32,000 nt of DNA from Candidatus Avelusimicrobium luingense (GTDB lineage: Bacteria; Elusimicrobiota; Elusimicrobia; Elusimicrobiales; Elusimicrobiaceae). Shown in pieces: positions 17,064 to 24,678 of this stretch (position 1 is the first letter of the stretch; every line of letters begins with the position of its first letter). The position numbers and the translations under genes were made by a program. The notes beneath the pieces were generated by a model that did no database searches, had not been told where the DNA came from, and saw only the letters and a program-made list of their open reading frames with translations. The stretch is taken from positions 262,791 to 294,790 of the forward strand of contig OOHK01000001.1 in assembly GCA_900315845.1 (NCBI GenBank), given 5' to 3'.

Positions 17064-17187
17064 ATGGTTTCCTTAGTACATCTATAAAAAATACTTATGA
17101 TTATTTTACCATTTTTTTACCGTTTCGGGCCGAAACTAATACTTTTTTCCCCTTTACGAAAGTTAGTGAAAAATTTACCATACCCCT

Positions 17188-17649
17188 ATGAACATACTTT
17201 CTTTGATTAAATTAGTAGTTTGGTTAGCGATTTGCCAATTACCCGGCATAGTAGGAGTATCCTATGTCTTTAACAATATGACGTGGTACCGTTCTTTGAT
17301 GCACCCAACGTTCTCCCCGCCCGAAGCGGTGTTCGGCGTTATGTGGAGTGTATTATATATTCTGTTGGGAATCAGTGCGTTTTTAACATTTCGCGAAAAA
17401 TTACACGGCCGGGCAATGATGCTGTTTGTGTTGCAACTGGCCTTAAACGCGTGTTGGACGCCGGTGTTTTTCGGCGCGCATAGTTTGTTGGGGGCCCTTG
17501 TGTTGATTGTTGCCATGCTGATTGCGCTGGTTTTTTTGTTTCGCGCCTTGTGGCCCATTAGCCGCGTAGCCGCCTGGCTACTTGTACCGTATGGATTATG
17601 GCTTGCTTTTGCTACTTATTTAACCGCCGCTACTTGGTGGATGAATTAA
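17188..17649 (+). CDS. tspO: TspO/MBR family tryptophan-rich sensory protein
   Basis: 153 aa with 5 TM segments. WYRSLMHPTFSPP, ALNACWTPVFFG and LVPYGLWLAFATYL motifs. Confidence 0.9.
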   Translation: MNILSLIKLVVWLAICQLPGIVGVSYVFNNMTWYRSLMHPTFSPPEAVFGVMWSVLYILLGISAFLTFREKLHGRAMMLFVLQLALNACWTPVFFGAHSLLGALVLIVAMLIALVFLFRALWPISRVAAWLLVPYGLWLAFATYLTAATWWMN

Positions 17650-17650
17650 C

Positions 17651-18148
17651 CTATAACGAACCCGTAGCCGATAATTGCTGACACAATTTGCGTTGGATAG
17701 CCGTAGCCGTTCCATTAGGATAGGCAGAGCAATCCACGCGATTTGGGGAGTTGGGCATCACAAAAATATAATACACATCCCCACTTCCATTTTGAGCGAC
17801 ATGTTGGGCAACTGCCAGTTGTGCTCCTCCGTCACCTGAAGGCGAATAAATAAAATATTTCGTTTGGATACGTTTGCCACCCAAGCTCGTAGTAAGAGAG
17901 CCGGGCACCTCTATATCCAATAATTCCATTTCATCTTGCGTAGCATATCGTCCGTTGGCCATATAAAAAGCCTGATTGGCGTTAGCAATCGTCCGCACCA
18001 TAGTAACCGCTTCCGTCATACGCGCTTTTTCCACCGCTTTTTGATATTGTGGTAAAGCCACCGCCGCTAAAATACCGATAATCAAAACTACTACCAATAA
18101 TTCTATTAACGTAAAACCGCCTAAACGGCCCGACATTTGTTTTTTCAT
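17651..18148 (-). CDS. prepilin-type N-terminal cleavage/methylation domain protein (pilin-like), paralogue 2
   Basis: 165 aa. [55 protein letters not shown]. Confidence 0.92.
   Translation of the reverse strand: MKKQMSGRLGGFTLIELLVVVLIIGILAAVALPQYQKAVEKARMTEAVTMVRTIANANQAFYMANGRYATQDEMELLDIEVPGSLTTSLGGKRIQTKYFIYSPSGDGGAQLAVAQHVAQNGSGDVYYIFVMPNSPNRVDCSAYPNGTATAIQRKLCQQLSATGSL
18021..18120 (-). repeat. dispersed pilin 5' cassette, copy 2
   Basis: Shares long identical runs with copy 3 (for example gctaaaataccgataatcaaaac on the plus strand). Confidence 0.7.
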
Positions 18149-18188
18149 ACTTTTGCTCCTTATTTGTCAAAATATTCCGACAAACAAA

Positions 18189-18216
18189 ATCTTAACAAAA
18201 AAAAAAACGATGTCAA
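18189..18216 (-). promoter_or_regulatory. sigma70-like promoter of pilin-like gene 2 with T11 tract in the spacer
   Basis: Read on the minus strand: TTGACA (18216-18211), 16-nt spacer tcg-T11-gt, TAAGAT (18194-18189). Confidence 0.55.
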
Positions 18217-18243
18217 GTAAAACTTTTTCCGACGAAGAAATAC

Positions 18244-18273
18244 AAAAAAAGAACCCCCCGGATTAACCGGGGG
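18244..18273 (-). terminator. rho-independent terminator of the DUF948-like gene
   Basis: Minus strand: cccccgg-ttaat-ccggggg followed by ttcTTTTTTT. Confidence 0.8.
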
Positions 18274-18304
18274 CTCTGTTACAAGTAGTGAATAATTAGG
18301 TAAT

Positions 18305-18565
18305 TTATTTCTCTTTGTGGAAATGCCGAAATATCTCCATTCCCGTTTTAGCAACCTTAAATATTCCCGAATCTAAAAACGAGGACACATTGTCCAAAAG
18401 CACAAACGTGCTTTGCGTTTTATCCACTTTTTCCGCCGTGGAAATGGCCAAATACTCTACGGCTTGTGCCGTATGTAAAATTTGAATCAGCGTGCGAATC
18501 GCAAAAATGACGAGTACCACAAAAGCCACTACGGCCACGAGTACACAACCTTGGTATAAATCCAT
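18305..18565 (-). CDS. small N-terminally anchored membrane protein (DUF948-like)
   Basis: 86 aa. N-terminal TM VLVAVVAFVVLVIFAI followed by a helical segment. Strong SD AAGGGGGA. Confidence 0.65.
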   Translation of the reverse strand: MDLYQGCVLVAVVAFVVLVIFAIRTLIQILHTAQAVEYLAISTAEKVDKTQSTFVLLDNVSSFLDSGIFKVAKTGMEIFRHFHKEK

Positions 18566-18597
18566 AAGTTTTCCCCCTTATATAATAAGTTTCTTAC

Positions 18598-18626
18598 ATT
18601 TAATCAGTTTGCGCTGGGAACGTCAA
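18598..18626 (-). promoter_or_regulatory. candidate promoter of the DUF948-like gene
   Basis: Minus strand: TTGACG (18626-18621), N17, TTAAAT (18603-18598). Confidence 0.4.
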
Positions 18627-18668
18627 GCCCTTATTTTGCCTATTTTTTCGCTAAAATACTAAATTATA

Positions 18669-18706
18669 TTGACAAACATTTCTTTATTAGTAATAATTAC
18701 TAATAA
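18669..18706 (+). promoter_or_regulatory. candidate nrdD promoter overlapped by a perfect 23-bp palindrome (operator-like)
   Basis: TTGACA 18669-18674 and an A/T-rich -10 (TAATAAT) at about 18691-18697. Palindrome ttattagtaat-a-attactaataa spans 18684-18706. Confidence 0.4.
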
Positions 18707-18886
18707 GCAAAAAACAGCAAAAAAAAGAGTTGGCACATAAAAAATAATTTTTTCCCGACGGAAATAACTTTTTTATACAGTTGTCACAAATTATTCTATC
18801 GTCGTAATTTGCATTTTTTGTTTGTTTTTGTCAAAATCTTAAGAGCCGCGACTTATCCGCGGACATTTTTACCTAGGAAGACATTT

Positions 18887-20947
18887 ATGGAAAACTCGGA
18901 AGTTATTACTCAAATCGTCAAGCGTGACGGTTCTGTTCAGCCCTTTGATTCGCGCAAAATTACAAAAGCTATCGCCAAAGCAGCAGAAGCAACCGGCGAA
19001 TTTGATGAAGAAACTGCTAAAAAGTTAACGATTCGCGTCATTAACATTATCCAACAACTTTATTCGGATAAGATCCCCAACGTAGAAAACGTACAAGATA
19101 TCGTTGAAGATGTGTTACTTACTTCTAACCACCACAAAACAGCCAAGGCTTACATCTTGTACCGCGACCAACACGCCCGCATGCGTGAAATTTCGTCCAA
19201 ATTTAACGTAGATTTAGTGGACCAATACTTGCAACAAATTGACTGGCAAGTCAACGAAAACAGCAACATGGGCTATTCGCTCCAAGGCTTAAACAACTAC
19301 ATTTCTTCGGAAATCAGCAAAGTATATTGGTTAAATAAAATTTATCCGGCCAATGTAAAACGGATGCACTCGGAAGGGGATTTCCACTTGCACGATTTGG
19401 GACTTCTCGGTGCTTACTGCGTCGGTTGGGATTTGCAAGATTTATTGTTAAGCGGTTTTACCGGTGTCGTCGGAAAAGCCGAAAGCAAACCCGCCAAACA
19501 CTTACGCACTGCGTTAGGCCAAGTAGTCAATTTCTTCTACACGTTGCAAGGTGAATCGGCCGGTGCGCAAGCATTTAGCAACTTTGACACCTTATTGGCT
19601 CCGTTTATCTATTACGATAAACTTACGTATGACGAAGTAAAACAAGCCCTTCAAGAATTTTTATTTAACGTCAACGTGCCGACCCGCGTCGGTTTCCAAA
19701 CGCCGTTTACCAACTTGACGTTAGATTTAACCGTTCCTTCTTATTATAAGGACCAACCGGTTATCATCGGCGGAAAATTGCAAGACAAAACCTACGGCGA
19801 ATTCCAAAACGAAATGGACATGCTCAACCGCGCCTTCTGCGAAGTAATGCTCGCGGGCGATGCCAAAGGCCGCGTGTTCACGTTCCCGATTCCTACTTAT
19901 AATATTACGCGTGATTTTGATTGGGATAACCCCAAACTTTCTCCGCTGTGGGAAATGACTGCAAAATACGGTATCCCGTACTTCGCCAACTTCATCAATT
20001 CGGATATGAACCCCGAAGATGCACGTTCCATGTGCTGCCGTTTGCGCATTGACAACCGCGAATTGAGAAAACGCGGCGGCGGACTTTTCGGCTCGGCTCC
20101 GTTAACGGGTTCTATCGGCGTAGTAACTATTAACTTACCGCGCTTAGGATATTTATCCAAAAACGAAGAAGAATTTTTTGCCAACTTAAAAGACCGCATG
20201 GAAGTGGCCAAGACGAGTTTGGAAATCAAACGCAAAGTCATTGAACGCTTCACGCGCGGAAACTTATATCCGTATATGAGTTTCTATTTGCGCTCGGTAC
20301 GCCAACGCTTTAACGAGTATTGGAAAAACCACTTCTCCACGATCGGTCTGGTGGGCTTAAACGAAGCATCCCTCAATTTAATCGGCGAAGATATCGGCTC
20401 GGAAAAAGGCCGCAAATTTGCCGAAAAAGTGCTTACGTTTATGCGTGAGACATTAGTTAAATTTCAAGAAGAAACCGGTAACAACTACAACCTGGAAGCC
20501 ACCCCGGCCGAAGGGACTTCGTACCGCTTGGCTAAATTAGATAAGGAACGTTACCCGGATATCATCTGCGCTAACGAAGAAATGTATAAACAAGGTCACC
20601 AACCTTTCTATACCAACTCTTCGCAACTGCCGGTTAACTATACCGACGACGTATTTGAAATGTTGGACTTGCAAAGCACCATCCAATCCAAATACACCGG
20701 CGGAACGGTACAACATATCTTTACCGGTGAGCGCATCAAAGATTTGGAAGCAATGAAGAAGTTCATCCGCACCGTATGTGAAAAATATACGTTGCCGTAC
20801 TTCTCCATCACACCTACGTTTAGCGTCTGCCCCAAGTGCGGCTACATTGAAGGCGAACATTTTGAATGCCCCAAGTGTAAAGCCGAACGTATGCAGGAGT
20901 TAGACCGTAAGGTGAAAATGCTGGAAGAACAACTTTACAGCAAATAA
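18887..20947 (+). CDS. nrdD: anaerobic (class III) ribonucleoside-triphosphate reductase, large fragment lacking the glycyl-radical loop
   Basis: Start at ATG 18887 (AGGAAG SD); the tracked 18809 start adds a non-homologous leader. ATP-cone VIKRDGSVQPFDSRKITKAI, active-site region SMCCRLRID, Zn ribbon CPKCGYIEGEHFECPKC. The ORF ends 21 codons later with no RVxGY motif. Confidence 0.92.
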   Translation: MENSEVITQIVKRDGSVQPFDSRKITKAIAKAAEATGEFDEETAKKLTIRVINIIQQLYSDKIPNVENVQDIVEDVLLTSNHHKTAKAYILYRDQHARMREISSKFNVDLVDQYLQQIDWQVNENSNMGYSLQGLNNYISSEISKVYWLNKIYPANVKRMHSEGDFHLHDLGLLGAYCVGWDLQDLLLSGFTGVVGKAESKPAKHLRTALGQVVNFFYTLQGESAGAQAFSNFDTLLAPFIYYDKLTYDEVKQALQEFLFNVNVPTRVGFQTPFTNLTLDLTVPSYYKDQPVIIGGKLQDKTYGEFQNEMDMLNRAFCEVMLAGDAKGRVFTFPIPTYNITRDFDWDNPKLSPLWEMTAKYGIPYFANFINSDMNPEDARSMCCRLRIDNRELRKRGGGLFGSAPLTGSIGVVTINLPRLGYLSKNEEEFFANLKDRMEVAKTSLEIKRKVIERFTRGNLYPYMSFYLRSVRQRFNEYWKNHFSTIGLVGLNEASLNLIGEDIGSEKGRKFAEKVLTFMRETLVKFQEETGNNYNLEATPAEGTSYRLAKLDKERYPDIICANEEMYKQGHQPFYTNSSQLPVNYTDDVFEMLDLQSTIQSKYTGGTVQHIFTGERIKDLEAMKKFIRTVCEKYTLPYFSITPTFSVCPKCGYIEGEHFECPKCKAERMQELDRKVKMLEEQLYSK

Positions 20948-21082
20948 CATACCTTTTTTGGGTTAGTTGTAATCTAAAAAAGCAGTTGCACCCGCAACTC
21001 TAAAAATACATAATAATGAAACGGGTAATCACGGGCCCGTTTCACCCGGCAAGACCGGATAAATACAATAAGGAGAATTAGT

Positions 21083-21310
21083 ATGACCGCACAAGAAAAA
21101 CAAGCAGTAGAAAACAAGATTTCCGAACTTAAAAAAGAAATGAACGACGTTCACGGTTCCAAATGTGAAGTGTACTCCCGCGTAGTAGGCTACCTGCGCC
21201 CGGTACAAAACTGGAACAAAGGTAAAAAAGAAGAATTCGGTATGCGCAAAAACATGAACGTCAACAACTGCAACTGCTCTTGCGGTTGCGATTGCGCCAG
21301 CGATAAATAA
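21083..21310 (+). CDS. separate glycyl-radical subunit of class III RNR (NrdD C-terminal loop encoded as its own 75-aa ORF)
   Basis: CEVYSRVVGYLRPVQNWNKGKKEEFGMRK matches the NrdD C-terminal glycyl-radical signature. It has its own AAGGAG SD 7 nt upstream. The preceding 135-nt gap contains several in-frame stops. Confidence 0.85.
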   Translation: MTAQEKQAVENKISELKKEMNDVHGSKCEVYSRVVGYLRPVQNWNKGKKEEFGMRKNMNVNNCNCSCGCDCASDK

Positions 21311-21333
21311 GTTTTTTCAGGGGGCACGGCAAG

Positions 21334-21957
21334 GTGAAATTTGGCGGACTTATCAAATTTACGCTGATTGATTTTCCGGGCCGGCCGGCGGCAGTAGTAT
21401 TTACACAAGGATGTAATTTTCGTTGCCGCTATTGCCACAATCCGGAATTAGTATATCCGCATTTATTTACCGAAACCGTCCCCCACGAAGAAATTATGTC
21501 CTTTTTACAACGCCGCCAAGGAACCTTGGAGGGCGTTGTTGTTTCCGGCGGGGAACCTACCCTATTTGACGACTTGCCCGAGTTTATGGCCGAAGTTAAA
21601 AAACTGGGCTATAAAATCAAGTTAGATACCAACGGCTCGCGCCCGGCTATGATTCATCAGTTAATTGACGGCGGGCTGGTTGATTATATCGCCATGGACT
21701 TAAAAGCCCCGCTAGAAAAATACAGCCAAATCACCGGTATCATGACCAATCCGGAAATTATCTTGCAATCCATGGAACTTATCCGCCAAAGCGGGCTTGA
21801 ATATGAGTTCCGCACCACCTACGACACTGAAGTCCTTTCTGAAAAAGATATTGAAGATTTGAAACAATTAACGCGCAATCAACACTACCGCGTGCAAGAG
21901 TGTTTGCCGGTGGCTAAAGAAAAAGCCACGTTAAAAGTTCTGCATAAAGAGATTTAA
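21334..21957 (+). CDS. nrdG: anaerobic ribonucleoside-triphosphate reductase activating protein (radical SAM)
   Basis: 207 aa with a GTG start. The CNFRCRYCHN CxxxCxxC cluster and GGEPTL motif. Confidence 0.9.
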   Translation: MKFGGLIKFTLIDFPGRPAAVVFTQGCNFRCRYCHNPELVYPHLFTETVPHEEIMSFLQRRQGTLEGVVVSGGEPTLFDDLPEFMAEVKKLGYKIKLDTNGSRPAMIHQLIDGGLVDYIAMDLKAPLEKYSQITGIMTNPEIILQSMELIRQSGLEYEFRTTYDTEVLSEKDIEDLKQLTRNQHYRVQECLPVAKEKATLKVLHKEI

Positions 21958-21973
21958 GTATTTGGTTTGAAGA

Positions 21974-22008
21974 AAAAATCCCCGCTCGTTGGAGCGGGGA
22001 TTTTTATT
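21974..22008. terminator. bidirectional rho-independent terminator
   Basis: aaaaatccccgctc / gagcggggattttt stem with flanking A-run and T-run, between convergent nrdG and the aminopeptidase gene. Confidence 0.85.
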
Positions 22009-22023
22009 TATCCGAAATGACTA

Positions 22024-23229
22024 TCAATAACTAAACTCGCCTTTTTCGTACACGGTTACCGTGGTACCGTTTTTGAGTTTAGCGGTAACGCGTTTGTCTT
22101 CGGTATTGATTAAATCCCAATGTAATGACGAATCGTTAAAGCCGAGTTTCTTTTTGAATTCTTTAGTCATATCGCTTTGCGGCCCGGTGTAAGTATCGGC
22201 GTAACTGGCGCCGACGGCCACGTGGCAGTTACCGTATTTCCCGCCGAAGTTTTCATCGTACAAGATATCCGCCATAAATTTAGTGATTTTAGAGAAACGA
22301 CGATCAGTAAGCGAAAACTCGCCGATTTGGCTGGCGCCGCGGTCCATGGCTAGCATCTTGCGCACAAAGTCGCCGCCTTTTTCGGCATCGGCTTTAATAA
22401 CGCGCCCTTTCTTAAATTCCAACCGTACGCCTTTCACGTAATTACCGCTGCGATACGACGACAAATCGGCAAAATATACACCTTTTGTACCGCGCCAATC
22501 GGGTGAGGTGAAAATTTCAAACGACGGCACGTTGCACCCGCCACCGGCAATAAATTTACGTTTTTCGCCCACTAACACTTCAAAGTCCATGTGGGCCGAT
22601 TCAATGTGCAGTGTTTCTATCGGAAGAGACGAAAGCCACAATCCGATTTCGGTAATTTGTTTCGTTACTTCCGCCCATTTTTTGACCGGATCTTTTTCAT
22701 TTAAGAAACACGCGCGCGCCACTTGGTTAGCATATTCTTTGGCGGAAAGTCCGGCGCGTTTGGCGAGTTCTTCCGTCGGGTAATTGCACAACGTCCACGA
22801 AAATTGCCCCTTTTGTTCGCGCACGTCTAAAATTTCGCGCAAGGGTTTATGCGCTACGGCTGTTTGCGCAATGCGGGAAGGTTCTACTTGTTTCAAATAC
22901 GTCAAATCTTCCGGTGCACGCAATGAAATGAGTCCGTTAATACCGCTTTGAAATTCTTTTTCACCGGGAGCAATAAATGACAGTTGTTTTTTATCAGCCG
23001 TCATATAAAAATTTTTCGCCATATTTTCAGGCGTATTAAAACGCAACACCGGCTGCAGGCGTTGCGCCAATAGTTGGTTATAAATTTCTTGGGCAAGCGG
23101 CATCGCGGCGATATCGGTGCGGAGCAAAACTACGTCGTAAGGTTTATATTTTCCGTTGCGACGCGCGGTCTTTAAGGCCCAAATCATTACTTGGGCATAT
23201 TTTTCAAGTTGAGTTTTTGTCAGTAACAT
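22024..23229 (-). CDS. M29-family aminopeptidase (AmpS/PepS-like)
   Basis: 401 aa. Resembles thermophilic metalloprotease M29 (…GGGCNVPSFEIFTSPD…, GNCHVAVGASY, SSLHWDLI). SD AAGGGGGA. Confidence 0.8.
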   Translation of the reverse strand: MLLTKTQLEKYAQVMIWALKTARRNGKYKPYDVVLLRTDIAAMPLAQEIYNQLLAQRLQPVLRFNTPENMAKNFYMTADKKQLSFIAPGEKEFQSGINGLISLRAPEDLTYLKQVEPSRIAQTAVAHKPLREILDVREQKGQFSWTLCNYPTEELAKRAGLSAKEYANQVARACFLNEKDPVKKWAEVTKQITEIGLWLSSLPIETLHIESAHMDFEVLVGEKRKFIAGGGCNVPSFEIFTSPDWRGTKGVYFADLSSYRSGNYVKGVRLEFKKGRVIKADAEKGGDFVRKMLAMDRGASQIGEFSLTDRRFSKITKFMADILYDENFGGKYGNCHVAVGASYADTYTGPQSDMTKEFKKKLGFNDSSLHWDLINTEDKRVTAKLKNGTTVTVYEKGEFSY

Positions 23230-23284
23230 TTTGTTTCCCCCTTTTCTCTTATAATGTTATAATACAAAAAAAGGACGCTTTACA

Positions 23285-24040
23285 ATGAAAAAATTATTTT
23301 TATCCCTTCTGCTGTTTCTTCCGTTAATCGCCTGGGCGGATGTATCACCCAAACCGGAAATGGAATTTTCGTTTATTTACAATACGCAAAATAAACCACT
23401 TATCGATCCGTTACTCAGTGAACAAATTCAATGTACGGATAACCAATGTTTAGAGAGCAAACCGCTGGGACATTATGGCTTGCAAAAATTATATTGCAAA
23501 GCAGGGAATTGTTTTTCAGTAGCGTACGAATATAGTGATTTCCAAAAATTAGTCATCGCATTTACCGACGGAACAAAACGGGAAAGTAATATCTTCCCCG
23601 CCGCGCACAAATTACGCGCACGTTATAACGTATATGTAGATAAAGATAAACTGACGGTAGAACCTTCCAATGTTACACCCGATTTAGGCGCTTGGGCCAG
23701 AGCCGATGCCTTATTCTCTTTATTTTTAGTTTTACTGTTAGAACTCATCGCCGCGGCGGCGTATTTGATGTACACGCAAAAAAGTTTTACGATTTTGTGG
23801 AGTGTAGCCGTAGCCAATGTAGTAACGATGGCAGTATCGTGGATATTGCTAGCGTGGTATGCGTCAGATACGGCGTTTTTATGGATATTTTATGTAGTAG
23901 CCGAAATGCTGATTATCCGGCTGATGAACATCCGCAAACTTGCCTTAAAAGATGCCTTTATGCTTGCCATCACCATGAACGTAACAAGTTATTCTATCGG
24001 TATGATTTTATCGTTCTGGCTGGCGGAACTGTTTTTTTAA
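23285..24040 (+). CDS. hypothetical membrane protein (signal peptide, ~130-aa 4-Cys exported domain, ~4 C-terminal TMs)
   Basis: 251 aa. [18 protein letters not shown] signal peptide, CTDNQC...CKAGNC, hydrophobic C-terminal half. AAGGA SD. No family recognised. Confidence 0.7.
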   Translation: MKKLFLSLLLFLPLIAWADVSPKPEMEFSFIYNTQNKPLIDPLLSEQIQCTDNQCLESKPLGHYGLQKLYCKAGNCFSVAYEYSDFQKLVIAFTDGTKRESNIFPAAHKLRARYNVYVDKDKLTVEPSNVTPDLGAWARADALFSLFLVLLLELIAAAAYLMYTQKSFTILWSVAVANVVTMAVSWILLAWYASDTAFLWIFYVVAEMLIIRLMNIRKLALKDAFMLAITMNVTSYSIGMILSFWLAELFF

Positions 24041-24606
24041 TACGGTAATAAATAGTAGCGCGCAGATCCCGAACTTCTATCATAGGGGGCTTGCATCACT
24101 TTTGTGCAATACGAACCTGCCGCCCCTGAAAAGACTATCCCGGCACTTGTTCTTTCGCCGCAGTAAAAAACATCTGTTTGTGTCGTTTGACCGTTGCCCA
24201 GCGTTTGGGAAGGGAGAATGAAAAACCCGGCTCCTTTATATTTCCCGCTAATTCGGCCCATCAAAAGATTTACGTTATCTTGCCCTTGATGCATTTGTAA
24301 TGACCAATCCCCATTCGAACGCACTTCCCCTGTAACATCGGAGGCCCATTTGGTTGTGCCTGTCCACGGCACATCAATATCCAATTCATCAAAAGAAGAA
24401 GCGAACGCGCCATTAGCCATTTTATAAGCCAACTGAGCCTGATACACACTTTTGAGCAAGGTAAGGGCTTGCGTGGCACGGCTCTTTTCCACCGCTTTTG
24501 TGTATTGCGGCAAGGCTACCGACGCTAAAATACCGATAATCAAAACAACCACTAACAATTCAATTAACGTAAAACCGTTTGCGGGATGAGAGAAATTATT
24601 TTTCAT
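24037..24606 (-). CDS. prepilin-type N-terminal cleavage/methylation domain protein (pilin-like), paralogue 3
   Basis: 189 aa. [54 protein letters not shown]. The C-terminal domain aligns with paralogue 1 (SFDEL.ID.PW...SNG.W...GKY.GAGF...YC). Confidence 0.92.
   Translation of the reverse strand: MKNNFSHPANGFTLIELLVVVLIIGILASVALPQYTKAVEKSRATQALTLLKSVYQAQLAYKMANGAFASSFDELDIDVPWTGTTKWASDVTGEVRSNGDWSLQMHQGQDNVNLLMGRISGKYKGAGFFILPSQTLGNGQTTQTDVFYCGERTSAGIVFSGAAGSYCTKVMQAPYDRSSGSARYYLLPY
24481..24577 (-). repeat. dispersed pilin 5' cassette, copy 3
   Basis: See copies 1 and 2. Confidence 0.7.
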
Positions 24607-24678
24607 AGGGTTATTCCTTTTATATATTTAACAAAATGTAACACAGAAAGAATATTGATAAATGATACTAAATTTTTA

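Noticed and set aside
18160-18354. 64-aa minus-strand ORF between the DUF948-like gene and pilin gene 2
   Set aside because: It spans a rho-independent terminator and the pilin promoter with its homopolymer, so it is not plausible coding sequence.
18809-18886. N-terminal extensions offered by the ORF track (nrdD 18809, MBL 2373, thioredoxin-like 5680, valS 26561, luxS 25782, hldC 15337, small membrane protein 25355)
   Set aside because: The extensions use GTG or TTG starts or lack an SD, overlap upstream genes or promoters, and add non-homologous residues. Internal ATGs with an SD match the expected N-termini.
18566-18886. NrdR boxes or a riboswitch upstream of nrdD
   Set aside because: No tandem 16-bp NrdR-like palindromes are visible. 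The region is AT-rich with little stable structure apart from the reported 23-bp palindrome.
20888-21163. Idea that the 276-nt nrdD interruption is a self-splicing (group I) intron or an intein
   Set aside because: The interruption carries stop codons followed by a strong SD and ATG, and both flanks read as heptad-patterned coding sequence. It is far too short for an intein, and there are no intein blocks. I cannot formally exclude a tiny intron without a covariance-model scan, so this is listed as a check under the main finding.
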